A stretch of 64,000 bases of DNA, taken from an uncultured Pelagibacteraceae bacterium. GTDB lineage: Bacteria; Pseudomonadota; Alphaproteobacteria; Pelagibacterales; Pelagibacteraceae. Shown here piece after piece: positions 17,094 to 28,463 of this stretch; position 1 is the stretch's first letter; each line of letters begins with the position of its first letter. Both the position numbers and the translations under genes were made by a program. The stretch is taken from positions 614 to 64,613 of the forward strand of contig CABXTN010000004.1 in NCBI GenBank assembly GCA_902515185.1, in the 5' to 3' direction. The notes beneath the pieces were generated by a model, which made no database searches, was not told where the DNA came from, and saw only the letters and a list, made by a program, of their open reading frames with translations.

Positions 17094-19169
17094 TTATATT
17101 TTTTTTGAAATTTTTAGTATGAAACTGTAGTCGAAAGCTATCTCTTCAATTGCACCGTCTCTTCCAGACTTTCCACCATGGCCCGCATTCATTTCTGTTT
17201 TTAATAATAATAAATTGTTATCTGTTTTATAATCTCTTAATTTGGCTGTAAATTTTGCAGGCTCATCAAACAAAACTCTGTTATCACTTAAACTAGTTGT
17301 AATTAAAATATTAGGGTAATCCATTTTTTTAATATTATTGTAAGGTGCATAAGAATAAATGTAATCAAAATGTTCTTTATTATCCTTAGCATTACCAAAT
17401 TCATCAAACTCTCCAACAGTAAGTGGTAGCGAATGATCTAAATTAGTTGTTAAGCTATCTACAAATGGTACAGCCATGACTATTCCACAAAATATTTCAG
17501 GAGACTCATTTACAACAGCACCCATCAATAAGCCACCAGCAGATCCACCCATTCCAATAATTTTTCCTTTAGATGTATATTTATTTTCAATTAAAAATTT
17601 TGCTACTGCTAAGTAATCTTTGAAAGTATTTTTTTTATTTAAAAGCTTTCCCTCTTTCCACCATTTCATACCCCTCTCTAAACCACCTCTAATATGGGCT
17701 GTGACCCAAATAATATCTCGATTAATTAAACTAAGTCTTGTTGACGAAAAGTTGGGTGACATTGAATTACCATAAGATCCATATCCATAGAGTAATAAAT
17801 TTGCATTACCATCAATTTTAGTTTTTTTGTGTCTTGTGATCGTCAGTGGTACTTTTCTTCCATCATGTGATTGGCATTCTAGTCTTTCAACAATATAATC
17901 CTCAGAATTATGACCTGAGGGAATAATTTGTTCTTTTACTAATTTTTTTTCTTTTGTTTTTAAATTGTACAAGTAAACACGAGATTGAGTTTTAGGTGTA
18001 GAATAGGATATATGAATTAAATCTGTATCTTTATCTTTTTGAATTAAAGAAATTCCACCATCATAAACTTCTTCATCTGAAAAAATTAATTCTTCCTCAG
18101 AATCATCTTTTAGATTTCTTACAAATATTTTTCCTAATGCATTTGATACTTCAGATCTGATTATCCAATTTTTTAAAAAGGTTAATCCACCTATTAAAGT
18201 TTCATTTTTTGCTGGTATGTATTTTTCCCATTTTTTAAAATTTATGTCGTTTGTTTTTTCAATTTTAAAATCTTCTGCATTTTTATTTGTATGCATATAA
18301 AAGTTATTATTCCATGAATTAACACTATAAATAATACCCTTTTCTCTTTTTAAGATTAGTTTTGGACTAGGCTCATCCTCTTCAGTCGAAAAATAATATT
18401 GTTCTGAAGTATTATGATCTGAACTTACAATAAAATAATATTTTTCATCTGAGCTTAAACCTATACTTACTGTGAACGCCTCAGTTTTTTCTTCAAAAAT
18501 TAAAATATCTTCATTTATAGATGTACCTAATTTATGTCTAAAAATTTTTCTTGGTCGATGATTATCATCTAATTTTGAGTAAAAAATATATTTATCATCT
18601 AAGCTAAACAAAATAGAACCAGATGTATCTTTTATTTTTTCTGTAACTAGTTTATCGTTTTTTATATTTCTAATAAATATCGTATAATATTCCGATCCTT
18701 TGAGGTCTAAAGAATAACCTAAAAACTCATCATTCCAACTAACCTCAAGATCACCAACTCCAAAATATTCTGTTTTTAATTTTGCTTTTTCTTTATCTCC
18801 GTTCCAGATCTCTTCTTCTTGATTTGTCCCAATTTTTTTTCTTAGTTTAATGGAGTAATTTCCTTTTTCAGTTGTTTTAGTCCAATAAATATATTTTTTA
18901 TCTTTAAAAGGTAATGACTCGTCATCTAACTTAATTCTACCTTTTATTTCATCAAAAAGTTTTCTTTGAATATCCTTTGTATCTTTTAGATGAAATTCAG
19001 TATATGAATTTTCGCTTTCTAAATACTCTCTAACTTCAGGCATTAACTTTGATCCATCTTTTAAAACTTCAAGAATATTTTTTTGATGTATCCAGCTATA
19101 ATTGTCCTCCCAATCAGTATTGTGACAAGATTTTTTTTCTGGTTTTTTTGTTAATTGTGGTAATTTCAT
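17094..19169 (-). CDS. ptrB: Oligopeptidase B (S9A)
   Basis: YGYGSYG, HIRGG, GGSAGG nucleophile, D.RV...EPAK, AGHGG. Confidence 0.94.
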   Translation of the reverse strand: MKLPQLTKKPEKKSCHNTDWEDNYSWIHQKNILEVLKDGSKLMPEVREYLESENSYTEFHLKDTKDIQRKLFDEIKGRIKLDDESLPFKDKKYIYWTKTTEKGNYSIKLRKKIGTNQEEEIWNGDKEKAKLKTEYFGVGDLEVSWNDEFLGYSLDLKGSEYYTIFIRNIKNDKLVTEKIKDTSGSILFSLDDKYIFYSKLDDNHRPRKIFRHKLGTSINEDILIFEEKTEAFTVSIGLSSDEKYYFIVSSDHNTSEQYYFSTEEDEPSPKLILKREKGIIYSVNSWNNNFYMHTNKNAEDFKIEKTNDINFKKWEKYIPAKNETLIGGLTFLKNWIIRSEVSNALGKIFVRNLKDDSEEELIFSDEEVYDGGISLIQKDKDTDLIHISYSTPKTQSRVYLYNLKTKEKKLVKEQIIPSGHNSEDYIVERLECQSHDGRKVPLTITRHKKTKIDGNANLLLYGYGSYGNSMSPNFSSTRLSLINRDIIWVTAHIRGGLERGMKWWKEGKLLNKKNTFKDYLAVAKFLIENKYTSKGKIIGMGGSAGGLLMGAVVNESPEIFCGIVMAVPFVDSLTTNLDHSLPLTVGEFDEFGNAKDNKEHFDYIYSYAPYNNIKKMDYPNILITTSLSDNRVLFDEPAKFTAKLRDYKTDNNLLLLKTEMNAGHGGKSGRDGAIEEIAFDYSFILKISKKI

Positions 19170-19182
19170 GGTTGTTTATTAT

Positions 19183-19692
19183 ATGAATATTTTTTTTTTA
19201 ACACTATTTATTTTTGTCCTACTTTATTTAGCACTTAATTGGTTTATAAAAACCTCAAGTGCAAAAATATCTAGAAGTATTAGAACATTTGTTATCATTT
19301 CATCTGTAATTTTAGCAATAATAATGGCTTATGCTGGGAGGTTTATTTTTTCATTACCTTTTTTAATGATGATCTTACCATTGATTAAAACAAAGGCTGG
19401 TTTTACATTGCTCCAAGTTCTAAGATTTTGGAGTTTATTAAAAATATTAAAAAATTCAGGAAGATTTAATTTTAATCAAAATGGATCAAATTTTAATACA
19501 CAAAATATTTCAAGGGAAGAGGCTTATAAGATTCTAAATTTAGACCCTAGTAAGAAATATACAAAAGAACAAGTACTAAACTCATACAAAAAAATTATGA
19601 AAAAAATTCATCCTGATGTCAGTCCAGAATTAACAAGATTAGCCTCTATAGTTAATGGTGCCAAAGAAATTATTATAAAAGATATAACTTAA
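19183..19692 (+). CDS. Membrane protein with C-terminal J-domain
   Basis: N-terminal TM helices; EAYKILNL..YKKIMKKIHPD; ATG 19183 preferred because 19168 overlaps the ptrB start. Confidence 0.85.
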   Translation: MNIFFLTLFIFVLLYLALNWFIKTSSAKISRSIRTFVIISSVILAIIMAYAGRFIFSLPFLMMILPLIKTKAGFTLLQVLRFWSLLKILKNSGRFNFNQNGSNFNTQNISREEAYKILNLDPSKKYTKEQVLNSYKKIMKKIHPDVSPELTRLASIVNGAKEIIIKDIT

Positions 19693-20654
19693 TTTAATAA
19701 GGATTTAAATTTCTCGAAAATAGTTAGAGGACTTATTTTGTCTTTACCATGGGTATTATGCTTTACTACCTTTACACCTTCGGGAAGTATTGGATACATT
19801 TTTGGACTGTAACTTCCATATATGATTGGAGTATCTGCCAAAAGAACTATCGTTGGTAATCCAAGAGCAGCTGATAAATGACTGAAACTAGAGTCATTGC
19901 ATACTGAAATATCACAATTTTTTATAAAAGGTAATGTTTCCCGTAAACTCATATTATCAAGCCGGAGACATTTTGATTTAAATTTTGAATTAAGTATTTC
20001 ATTTAATATAAGTTGTTCATCATTATTTTTTCCTGTTGCTAAAAAAAAACGGCATTTATATTTTTGGTTGCAAAAATCCATAAATTTTAAAAAAATATTT
20101 GCTGGAATTCTTTTTGTTATACCTGACCCGCCAATACCTAAAAGAATATTTTTTTCTTCGTTTAAAATATTATGATTTATTTTTACTTTTTCAATTTCAT
20201 CTTTATCTAAAAAGATTTGTGGATTACTTTCAACGGTAATATCTAGTTTAAGTTTAAGAAATTTTTGAGCTGTTTTTGTTATATTTTGATTTTTTTTAAA
20301 ATAAAGTGGATATTGGTAAATTTCTTTAATAGATGAAAACTTCGCTATCAAATTAAATCTCAAAGATGAATTAAATATAAATGTTTTATCAAATTTATAT
20401 TTTTTAAGCTTTTTTATCAACGAAAGTGTCCCTCTTAATCCATCATGAATTCCATTATTATTTTTATTATCTCTATCAAGAATTAAAATTTCTTTAATAT
20501 TTTTATTCTCTTTCAATAATTCAATTGCTTTTGAGTTGTCTTTTACTAGAAGATAAATTTTGGTTGAAAATTTTTTTGCAATAGCTTCAATGAAAGGTAA
20601 GAAAATTACTAAATCACCTATTCCTTTTCTATTTTGTATAATTAAAATTTTCAT
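19689..20654 (-). CDS. GT9 LPS heptosyltransferase-like glycosyltransferase
   Basis: GIGDLV, CNDSSFSHLSAALGLPT. Confidence 0.88.
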   Translation of the reverse strand: MKILIIQNRKGIGDLVIFLPFIEAIAKKFSTKIYLLVKDNSKAIELLKENKNIKEILILDRDNKNNNGIHDGLRGTLSLIKKLKKYKFDKTFIFNSSLRFNLIAKFSSIKEIYQYPLYFKKNQNITKTAQKFLKLKLDITVESNPQIFLDKDEIEKVKINHNILNEEKNILLGIGGSGITKRIPANIFLKFMDFCNQKYKCRFFLATGKNNDEQLILNEILNSKFKSKCLRLDNMSLRETLPFIKNCDISVCNDSSFSHLSAALGLPTIVLLADTPIIYGSYSPKMYPILPEGVKVVKHNTHGKDKISPLTIFEKFKSLLN

Positions 20655-20704
20655 TTATTTTCTTATATGTTTACTAAATTTTTTTTTTTATATAAGCTCA
20701 ATTT

Positions 20705-21589
20705 ATGAGTAAAATTAATGGCATTTATGCGGCTAGTATCTCAATTTTAGATCAAAATCTAAAATTGGATATTAAAAAAACTATCCGACATTCAGAAAAT
20801 TTGATTAAAAACGGATGTCATGGAGTTGTTTTATTTGGTAGCACTGGACAGTCTCAGTTAATCTCGTTAGATGAAAAGTTTCAACTGGTTGAACAAATTT
20901 CAAAAAGTGAGTTTAAAGATAAATTTATAATTGGAACTGGTCTTAACTCTCTTATAGACACAGTGTCGTTTCTGAAATTAAGTAATTTATTTAAATTTAA
21001 TAAATTTTTAATAATGCCACCAGCTTACTATATGTATGAAGATAAGGACGTTATAAGATTTTATAAAAAATTAATAGAAAGCGTTAGCGATTGTGAAATT
21101 ATTTTATATAATTTTGAAAAGTTATCAGGTTATAAATTCAGTGCTCACTGTGTAAAAAAATTGGTAAATCTTTTTCCTGCGCAAATTATTGGTGTAAAAG
21201 ATAGTTCTTACAACTTATTTGAAAGTTTAAAAATTAATAACTTTTCTATTTTACCAGGCTCAGAGACAAAACTACTTAAAGGATTACAAATTGGTTGCTC
21301 TGGAATTATTACGGCTACGTGTAATGTTACAGCGAATTTATCGAGAAAAGTATATGATGATTTTTTAAATCAAAAGAATCAAATTTATAATGATAAGCTT
21401 TGTAACATAAGGTTGGTATTTGATAAGTTTAATTTAATTTCTGGTTTACATACGTATTTGTCAGAAAAAGATGAATCTTTTAAAAATATATTACCACCCC
21501 TTAATTTACTTAATGATATTAATAAAAAAAAACTACTTGATGATTTAAAAAAATTAGATTTTAATTATGAGTTTTTAAAAGTAGCTTAA
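20705..21589 (+). CDS. DapA/NAL-family class I aldolase
   Basis: GSTGQ, MPPAYY, ILYNF, GVKDSS Schiff-base Lys. Confidence 0.88.
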   Translation: MSKINGIYAASISILDQNLKLDIKKTIRHSENLIKNGCHGVVLFGSTGQSQLISLDEKFQLVEQISKSEFKDKFIIGTGLNSLIDTVSFLKLSNLFKFNKFLIMPPAYYMYEDKDVIRFYKKLIESVSDCEIILYNFEKLSGYKFSAHCVKKLVNLFPAQIIGVKDSSYNLFESLKINNFSILPGSETKLLKGLQIGCSGIITATCNVTANLSRKVYDDFLNQKNQIYNDKLCNIRLVFDKFNLISGLHTYLSEKDESFKNILPPLNLLNDINKKKLLDDLKKLDFNYEFLKVA

Positions 21590-21592
21590 ATT

Positions 21593-22783
21593 ATGAAACT
21601 TGTTAATTTTTTAAATAAGCTGATAAAGAAAAATGGATTTATTCTTATAGATGCAAATCAAAAAGAATATAAAATTGGAAAAGCAAACAAAGAAAATCCT
21701 ATTAAGCTTAAATTATTGGATCCAAAACTACATCATAAACTACTTCTGCATCCCGATTTATATTTTGGTGAAGCATATACTAATGGATCAATAGTAATTG
21801 AAAATGGAAATTTAACAGAATTTCTGGAAATTGCTTTAGAGAATATAGGTAGAGGTGAAATAAATTATTATAGTAGTTTTTTAAATCAAATTAAAGGATT
21901 TTATAGAACTCTTACAAACTTTAATTTAATAAAAAAATCTAAGAAAAACGTTGAGCATCATTATGATATATCTGAAAAGTTATATGATCTTTTTTTAGAT
22001 AAAAATAGACAATACTCATGTGCGTATTTTAAAAATGAAAATGATACTTTAGAGCAAGCACAGGAAAATAAAATGAATCATATAATCAAAAAACTTAATC
22101 TAAAACCTAACCAGAGAGTTTTGGATATAGGTAGTGGTTGGGGAACACTTGCAATAGAAATTGCAAAAAAAACTAAATGTGAAGTGGTAGGGATAACACT
22201 GTCTGAAAATCAACTTAAATATAGTAAAGAAAAAGCAAAAGAATTAAATTTAGAAAATCAGGTTGATTTTCGTTTAATTGATTATAGACAACTTAATGAA
22301 AAGTTTGATCGAATTGTAAGCGTTGGAATGTTTGAGCATGTCGGAAGAAAATTTTATCAAACTTATTTTAATTCTGTTTCGAAATTACTTTCCGAGGATG
22401 GCGTAGCGTTAATTCATACAATTGGATCTACTATGCCACCTAGAAACCCACATCCATGGATTACTAAGTATATTTTTCCTGGAGGATATACTCCAAGTTT
22501 AAGTGAGGTTTCACTCCCAATAGAAAAGTCAGGTTTAATGATATCTGATTTAGAAGTTTTACGAACACACTATGCTCATACATTAAGAAACTGGAAAAAA
22601 AGATTTTTGAGTAAAAAAAGTGAAGTTTTAGAGATGTTTGATGAACGTTTTTTTAGAATGTGGGAATTTTATCTAGTAGGTTGCGAAATGGCATTTAAAT
22701 GGGGTGATCAGGTTGTATATCAATTTCAGTTAATAAAAAAAAATAATACGACACCAACTACAAGGGACTATATTTATCATTAA
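21593..22783 (+). CDS. cfa: Cyclopropane-fatty-acyl-phospholipid synthase family methyltransferase
   Basis: HHYD, QYSCAYF, LDIGSGWG, SVGMFEHVG, KYIFPGG, RMWEFYL. Confidence 0.92.
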   Translation: MKLVNFLNKLIKKNGFILIDANQKEYKIGKANKENPIKLKLLDPKLHHKLLLHPDLYFGEAYTNGSIVIENGNLTEFLEIALENIGRGEINYYSSFLNQIKGFYRTLTNFNLIKKSKKNVEHHYDISEKLYDLFLDKNRQYSCAYFKNENDTLEQAQENKMNHIIKKLNLKPNQRVLDIGSGWGTLAIEIAKKTKCEVVGITLSENQLKYSKEKAKELNLENQVDFRLIDYRQLNEKFDRIVSVGMFEHVGRKFYQTYFNSVSKLLSEDGVALIHTIGSTMPPRNPHPWITKYIFPGGYTPSLSEVSLPIEKSGLMISDLEVLRTHYAHTLRNWKKRFLSKKSEVLEMFDERFFRMWEFYLVGCEMAFKWGDQVVYQFQLIKKNNTTPTTRDYIYH

Positions 22784-22810
22784 TAAATTGGTAAATCTTT
22801 AGCTCTAAGT

Positions 22811-23986
22811 ATGAAAAAAAAGCCTAAAAAATCTAAAAAAAAATTTTATAAAAAAAAAACTATAAAAAAAAAAGTTATTAAATCTAAAAAGAAAATTAAA
22901 CGATATATAAAAAAGAAAAATAAAAGAAATATCAAAATCAAAAATAAAACTGTTTTTCGTTTAACTTCAAAAAAAAATAACCAAATTCTTTTAAAAATTA
23001 TAAGTTTGCAAGAAAAATTAAAACCAAATTTTAAAATTCAATTTAATCCTTTTATATCAATAGATAAATTTCTACAGAAATTTTTTCAAAATATATCTGA
23101 AACAATAATTGAATATAAATCTTTAAAAAAAGAGCAGAGAAGAATTACAAAAATTAAAGAATTAGAAAAAATAGAAAATGAAAAAATAGAGAAACAGAAG
23201 GCAATTAAGGCAGAGAAAGATCTTCAGGGCAAATTAAAAGAGCAAATTTTAAAAGACGAAATTAAACTAGAAAAAGAAAGAACAAAAGATATCAAGCTTT
23301 TTTTAAGAAAAGAACAAGCTATAATTCGTCAAGAACAAGCTGAAAAACAAAGAAAATTTTTAGAACAATTAAAAATAGAAAAACAAATTGAAAAATTTAG
23401 AATTAGAGAAATTAAAGAATTAGAGCAATTAGAAAAAATTTCCCTAAAAGAACAAAGAGAAGACTATTCAAGCTTACAGGAAAGAATAGATAAGCTTAAA
23501 CAAAAATATCAAATAATAAGAGACCAAAAAATTAGAGAGAGAGTAGAAGCTCTTGGAATTAAAACTCTAGGTGATGAAGATAGAGAAACTCTTTTACAAA
23601 AAGAAAGAGATTATAATTTAGCAAGACAAAAAATTGAATTTTCTTTAGAAAGTTTTTACAGAAGTTCAAGTAGTCTTGTATTTCAACTTAATAAAAAACA
23701 TATTACTCGTCATATGTCAATTTTGAGATGTATAGATAGAAGGTTTGAGACAGGAGAAATTTTTATTAAGTGGGACGAAAGTGATGATGATAAATGGTTG
23801 TTGTTAATTTATATTAAAAATAACTCACCCGATGAAGGAATAATAATTGAGGATAAAACAAATCCTGAAAAAAATTTATCTTATGAGTTTAAATCTAGTG
23901 AGATTTTTAAAGCCTCAGATTTAATGGTAGATTCTTTAACGCAATTAGTTGCAAAAGTTAGAAAAAAGAAGCAAAATCAAAATTAA
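22811..23986 (+). CDS. Hypothetical protein: Lys-rich N-terminus, long coiled coil, globular C-terminal domain
   Basis: 391-aa ORF filling the gap; E/K/Q/R-rich heptad-like central region. Confidence 0.75.
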   Translation: MKKKPKKSKKKFYKKKTIKKKVIKSKKKIKRYIKKKNKRNIKIKNKTVFRLTSKKNNQILLKIISLQEKLKPNFKIQFNPFISIDKFLQKFFQNISETIIEYKSLKKEQRRITKIKELEKIENEKIEKQKAIKAEKDLQGKLKEQILKDEIKLEKERTKDIKLFLRKEQAIIRQEQAEKQRKFLEQLKIEKQIEKFRIREIKELEQLEKISLKEQREDYSSLQERIDKLKQKYQIIRDQKIRERVEALGIKTLGDEDRETLLQKERDYNLARQKIEFSLESFYRSSSSLVFQLNKKHITRHMSILRCIDRRFETGEIFIKWDESDDDKWLLLIYIKNNSPDEGIIIEDKTNPEKNLSYEFKSSEIFKASDLMVDSLTQLVAKVRKKKQNQN

Positions 23987-24670
23987 TTTTTTATTATATT
24001 TTTTAGAATATACTCCCATTTACCCAAACGTTCATAACTTACTTTTAAAATCAAATTTTTTTTGGGCTCTAACCAAATATCAAAATCTAACTTCTTATCT
24101 TTTTCAATATTCGGATTTTGGGATTTTAATTTAAATTTATGAGCAAAATATTGCTTACCATAAATGATAATTTTTTCTTTTTTTATAAAAGTTACATCTT
24201 GTTTTTTTATACTTCCTGATAATGGACTAATTTGTTTTTTTACTTTGCAAAATTCTATGGTTCCACCAATTTCCAATTATACACTCCTGATTTGCTTCAC
24301 CTGTGTACGAAGAGCCTTTAATATTATATTTTTTTTTTTCTTCATCATATATTAAATTTACATACTTTTTTTTATCATTTTGAAGAGTCTCTGATTTAAA
24401 TGAAATTAGTTTATCATCTTTATATATTTCAATGCCATTGCTTTTAATAACAAAAATTTTTACACCAAAAACTTTTAACTCAAAATTTGTCATATTATGC
24501 ACTTCAATGAGGTTATTTCGTTTAATAAACTTATATTTACTATAGCCAATACTTTTTCCATCTTTAAAAACTTCCATTTCGATTTCCTTAATATTTTTAT
24601 AGTGAGATACGTGCCCAAAAGAATTTAAAGGGATTATTAAAAAAATAATTAAAATTACAAACTTATACAT
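23983..24670 (-). pseudogene. Exported DUF6134-like protein split by one extra A in an A7 run (about 228 aa if repaired)
   Basis: ORF 24227-24670 (..GNWWNHRILQSKK) continues in the +1 frame as QISPLSGS.. (ORF 23983-24276); T7 run at 24235-24241 on the plus strand. Confidence 0.7.
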
Positions 24671-24719
24671 ATAAATTGTTGGTATTTAATACTAACAAAT
24701 AGTAAATACCATCTAAAAT

Positions 24720-25367
24720 ATGTTTTTAACTATAAAAAAAATACCTAAAGTTTTTTGGAGCTCTAAAACACCATTCAATTTAAAACCTAAAATTTCATCA
24801 TTATTTTTTTTGTGCCTCGGCTTATCTATCTTTGGGTTGGGTGAAGGGTTATTAATAGTTTCATATTCTGGCGCTTCTCCCTGGAGTGTTTTGGCCCAAG
24901 GTATTTCCTTAAAAGTTAATTTATCAATCGGACTAATAACTTTTATAATCAGTTGCCTGGTCTTAATTTTATGGATTCCTCTTAAACAAAAGCTTGGAAT
25001 AGGAACTATTCTTAACGCTTTAATTATAGCTTTCATGATTGATATATGTATAAATTTTGTACCAACTCCAGAAAGTTATCAATCAAAGTTATTTCTTGGT
25101 GTGTTTGCAGTTTTAACAGTTGGAATAGGTGGTGGTATTTATTTAATAGCAAATTTAGGTGCAGGCCCAAGAGACGGTTTAATGGTAGGTTTACAAAAAA
25201 AAACTAATCTTCCAATCGCTGTTGTTAGAGCTTTTCTTGAAATTTCAGTCGTAACTATAGGATGGTACTTAGGAGGGACTGTTGGACCAGGAACATTAAT
25301 ATTTGCATTTGGTATAGGTCCCGCGATTGCTTTAAGTTTATTTTTAGTAAAGAAAATTTTCTCTTAA
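24720..25367 (+). CDS. YczE/YitT-like membrane protein
   Basis: GASPWSVL.QG, GIGTILN, LGAGPRDGLM, GGTVG.GT. Confidence 0.85.
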   Translation: MFLTIKKIPKVFWSSKTPFNLKPKISSLFFLCLGLSIFGLGEGLLIVSYSGASPWSVLAQGISLKVNLSIGLITFIISCLVLILWIPLKQKLGIGTILNALIIAFMIDICINFVPTPESYQSKLFLGVFAVLTVGIGGGIYLIANLGAGPRDGLMVGLQKKTNLPIAVVRAFLEISVVTIGWYLGGTVGPGTLIFAFGIGPAIALSLFLVKKIFS

Positions 25368-25487
25368 AAAGTGATAACTACAACCGGTTGTTTCTAATAA
25401 TATTAAATAATGTGGTTTATTAAAGTAAGGCTACATAAATTTATTAAATTAACTTTTCGACCACCATGAAAAGGGTAGAGTAAAAAA

Positions 25488-26249
25488 TCAATTTTTAATA
25501 TATAATCTACTTGCATAATCAATTCTATGTAAAAACTTAAAATCTAGGTCATTTTTAAAATAATCATCTACTGCTTTTTTTGAACCCTTCCAATGCCCAT
25601 AATCATCAATAATTAAAATTCCTTTTTTCTGTAGTCTTGGATATAAAACTTCCAGCTCCTTTTTCGTTGAGTCATAAAAATCAGTATCCAGTCTCAATAA
25701 AGAAATTTTATCTGGAATATTTTTTTTTTCATTAAGTGTATCCTCCACTTTTCCCTTTACAAATATGAAATTTTTTTCATAATTTGTGTCGAATTTTTCT
25801 AAATTCATTTTTACTTCATCAAGTGAGGCTAAGCACCAATCATTATTTTTGTATTCTTTTCGAGACTCATGTGCTGATTTATTTTTTAAATCAAAATCAT
25901 AATCTTTATTTTCATCGGGCATGCCTTCAAAAGTATCATAAGCATATATTTTTTTTGACATATTTAGTTTTTTATTAAAATAATTAAGTAGCATTAAATT
26001 TCCACCCTTAAAAACTCCAGCCTCGACTAAGTCCCCCTCAACTTTGTTAGAAGAAATATATTTCATTGATTGTAAAATTGCCCAGTGATTTGAAATCGAA
26101 CACATAGAAAATTTCTGAATTTTTTTTAGTATTTCTAATTCCTCTTTATCAATTTCTGCAATATAGTTTTCTTGTTTTTTATACCATGAATTTTTACTTA
26201 TAATTTCATAGTTAAAATACTTTAAAAAATTTTTTAAAAATTTTTTCAT
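25488..26249 (-). CDS. TylF/MycF/NovP-family O-methyltransferase
   Basis: GDLVEAGVFKG, YDTFEGMP, LLRLDTDFYDST, IIDDYGHWKG; start probably ATG 26249. Confidence 0.9.
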   Translation of the reverse strand: MKKFLKNFLKYFNYEIISKNSWYKKQENYIAEIDKEELEILKKIQKFSMCSISNHWAILQSMKYISSNKVEGDLVEAGVFKGGNLMLLNYFNKKLNMSKKIYAYDTFEGMPDENKDYDFDLKNKSAHESRKEYKNNDWCLASLDEVKMNLEKFDTNYEKNFIFVKGKVEDTLNEKKNIPDKISLLRLDTDFYDSTKKELEVLYPRLQKKGILIIDDYGHWKGSKKAVDDYFKNDLDFKFLHRIDYASRLYIKN

Positions 26250-26289
26250 TATCAAACCAGAATTTATATTATTTATTATTGAAAGTACC

Positions 26290-26323
26290 AAAAAAAACCC
26301 CCAGAAATCACTTTCTGAGGGTT
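26290..26323 (-). terminator. Intrinsic terminator of groES-groEL
   Basis: Minus strand AACCC.CAGAAA/TTTCTG.GGGTT stem followed by a T run. Confidence 0.8.
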
Positions 26324-26375
26324 CTAATTTTCTTTAATTAATATTAACTGAGAGTTTTATAAACAGAAAGGAAAA

Positions 26376-28043
<1,668 letters not shown>

Positions 28044-28046
28044 TTA

Positions 28047-28340
28047 TTATTTTGATTTTGAAATACCCATAATGTCTGACTCTTTCATTATGCTATATTC
28101 TTTTCCGTCTATTTTAACTTCTGTACCTGACCACTTTCCAAACAAAACATTATCTCCAACTTTAACATCCATAGGGATAAGTTTTCCATCCTCAGTCTTT
28201 GCTCCACTACCGACTGCAACAACTTTCCCCTCTTGAGGTTTCTCTTGGGCAGTATCCGGTATTATTATTCCACCCGCAGTCTTTTCACTGCCGTCTAAAA
28301 CTTCTATAAGCACTCTATCGTGCAATGGTTTAAATTTCAT
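28047..28340 (-). CDS. groS: Co-chaperonin GroES
   Basis: [22 protein letters not shown]. Confidence 0.99.
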   Translation of the reverse strand: MKFKPLHDRVLIEVLDGSEKTAGGIIIPDTAQEKPQEGKVVAVGSGAKTEDGKLIPMDVKVGDNVLFGKWSGTEVKIDGKEYSIMKESDIMGISKSK

Positions 28341-28366
28341 ATATAACTCCTTTAAATATGCAGGTC

Positions 28367-28395
28367 ATATAAAGATAAGAGGGTAATTTTTCAAG
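28367..28395 (-). promoter_or_regulatory. RpoH-type promoter of groES-groEL
   Basis: CTTGAA-N15-CTTTATAT on the minus strand; no CIRCE seen. Confidence 0.65.
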
Positions 28396-28463
28396 ATATT
28401 CCAAAAAATATATAATTAAAAAAAACCAAAGAAATATAGCTATTTTTAAGCTATATCTGATAA

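Noticed and set aside
28341-28463. CIRCE element before groES
   Set aside because: TTAGCACTC-N9-GAGTGCTAA is absent; only an RpoH-like promoter is seen.
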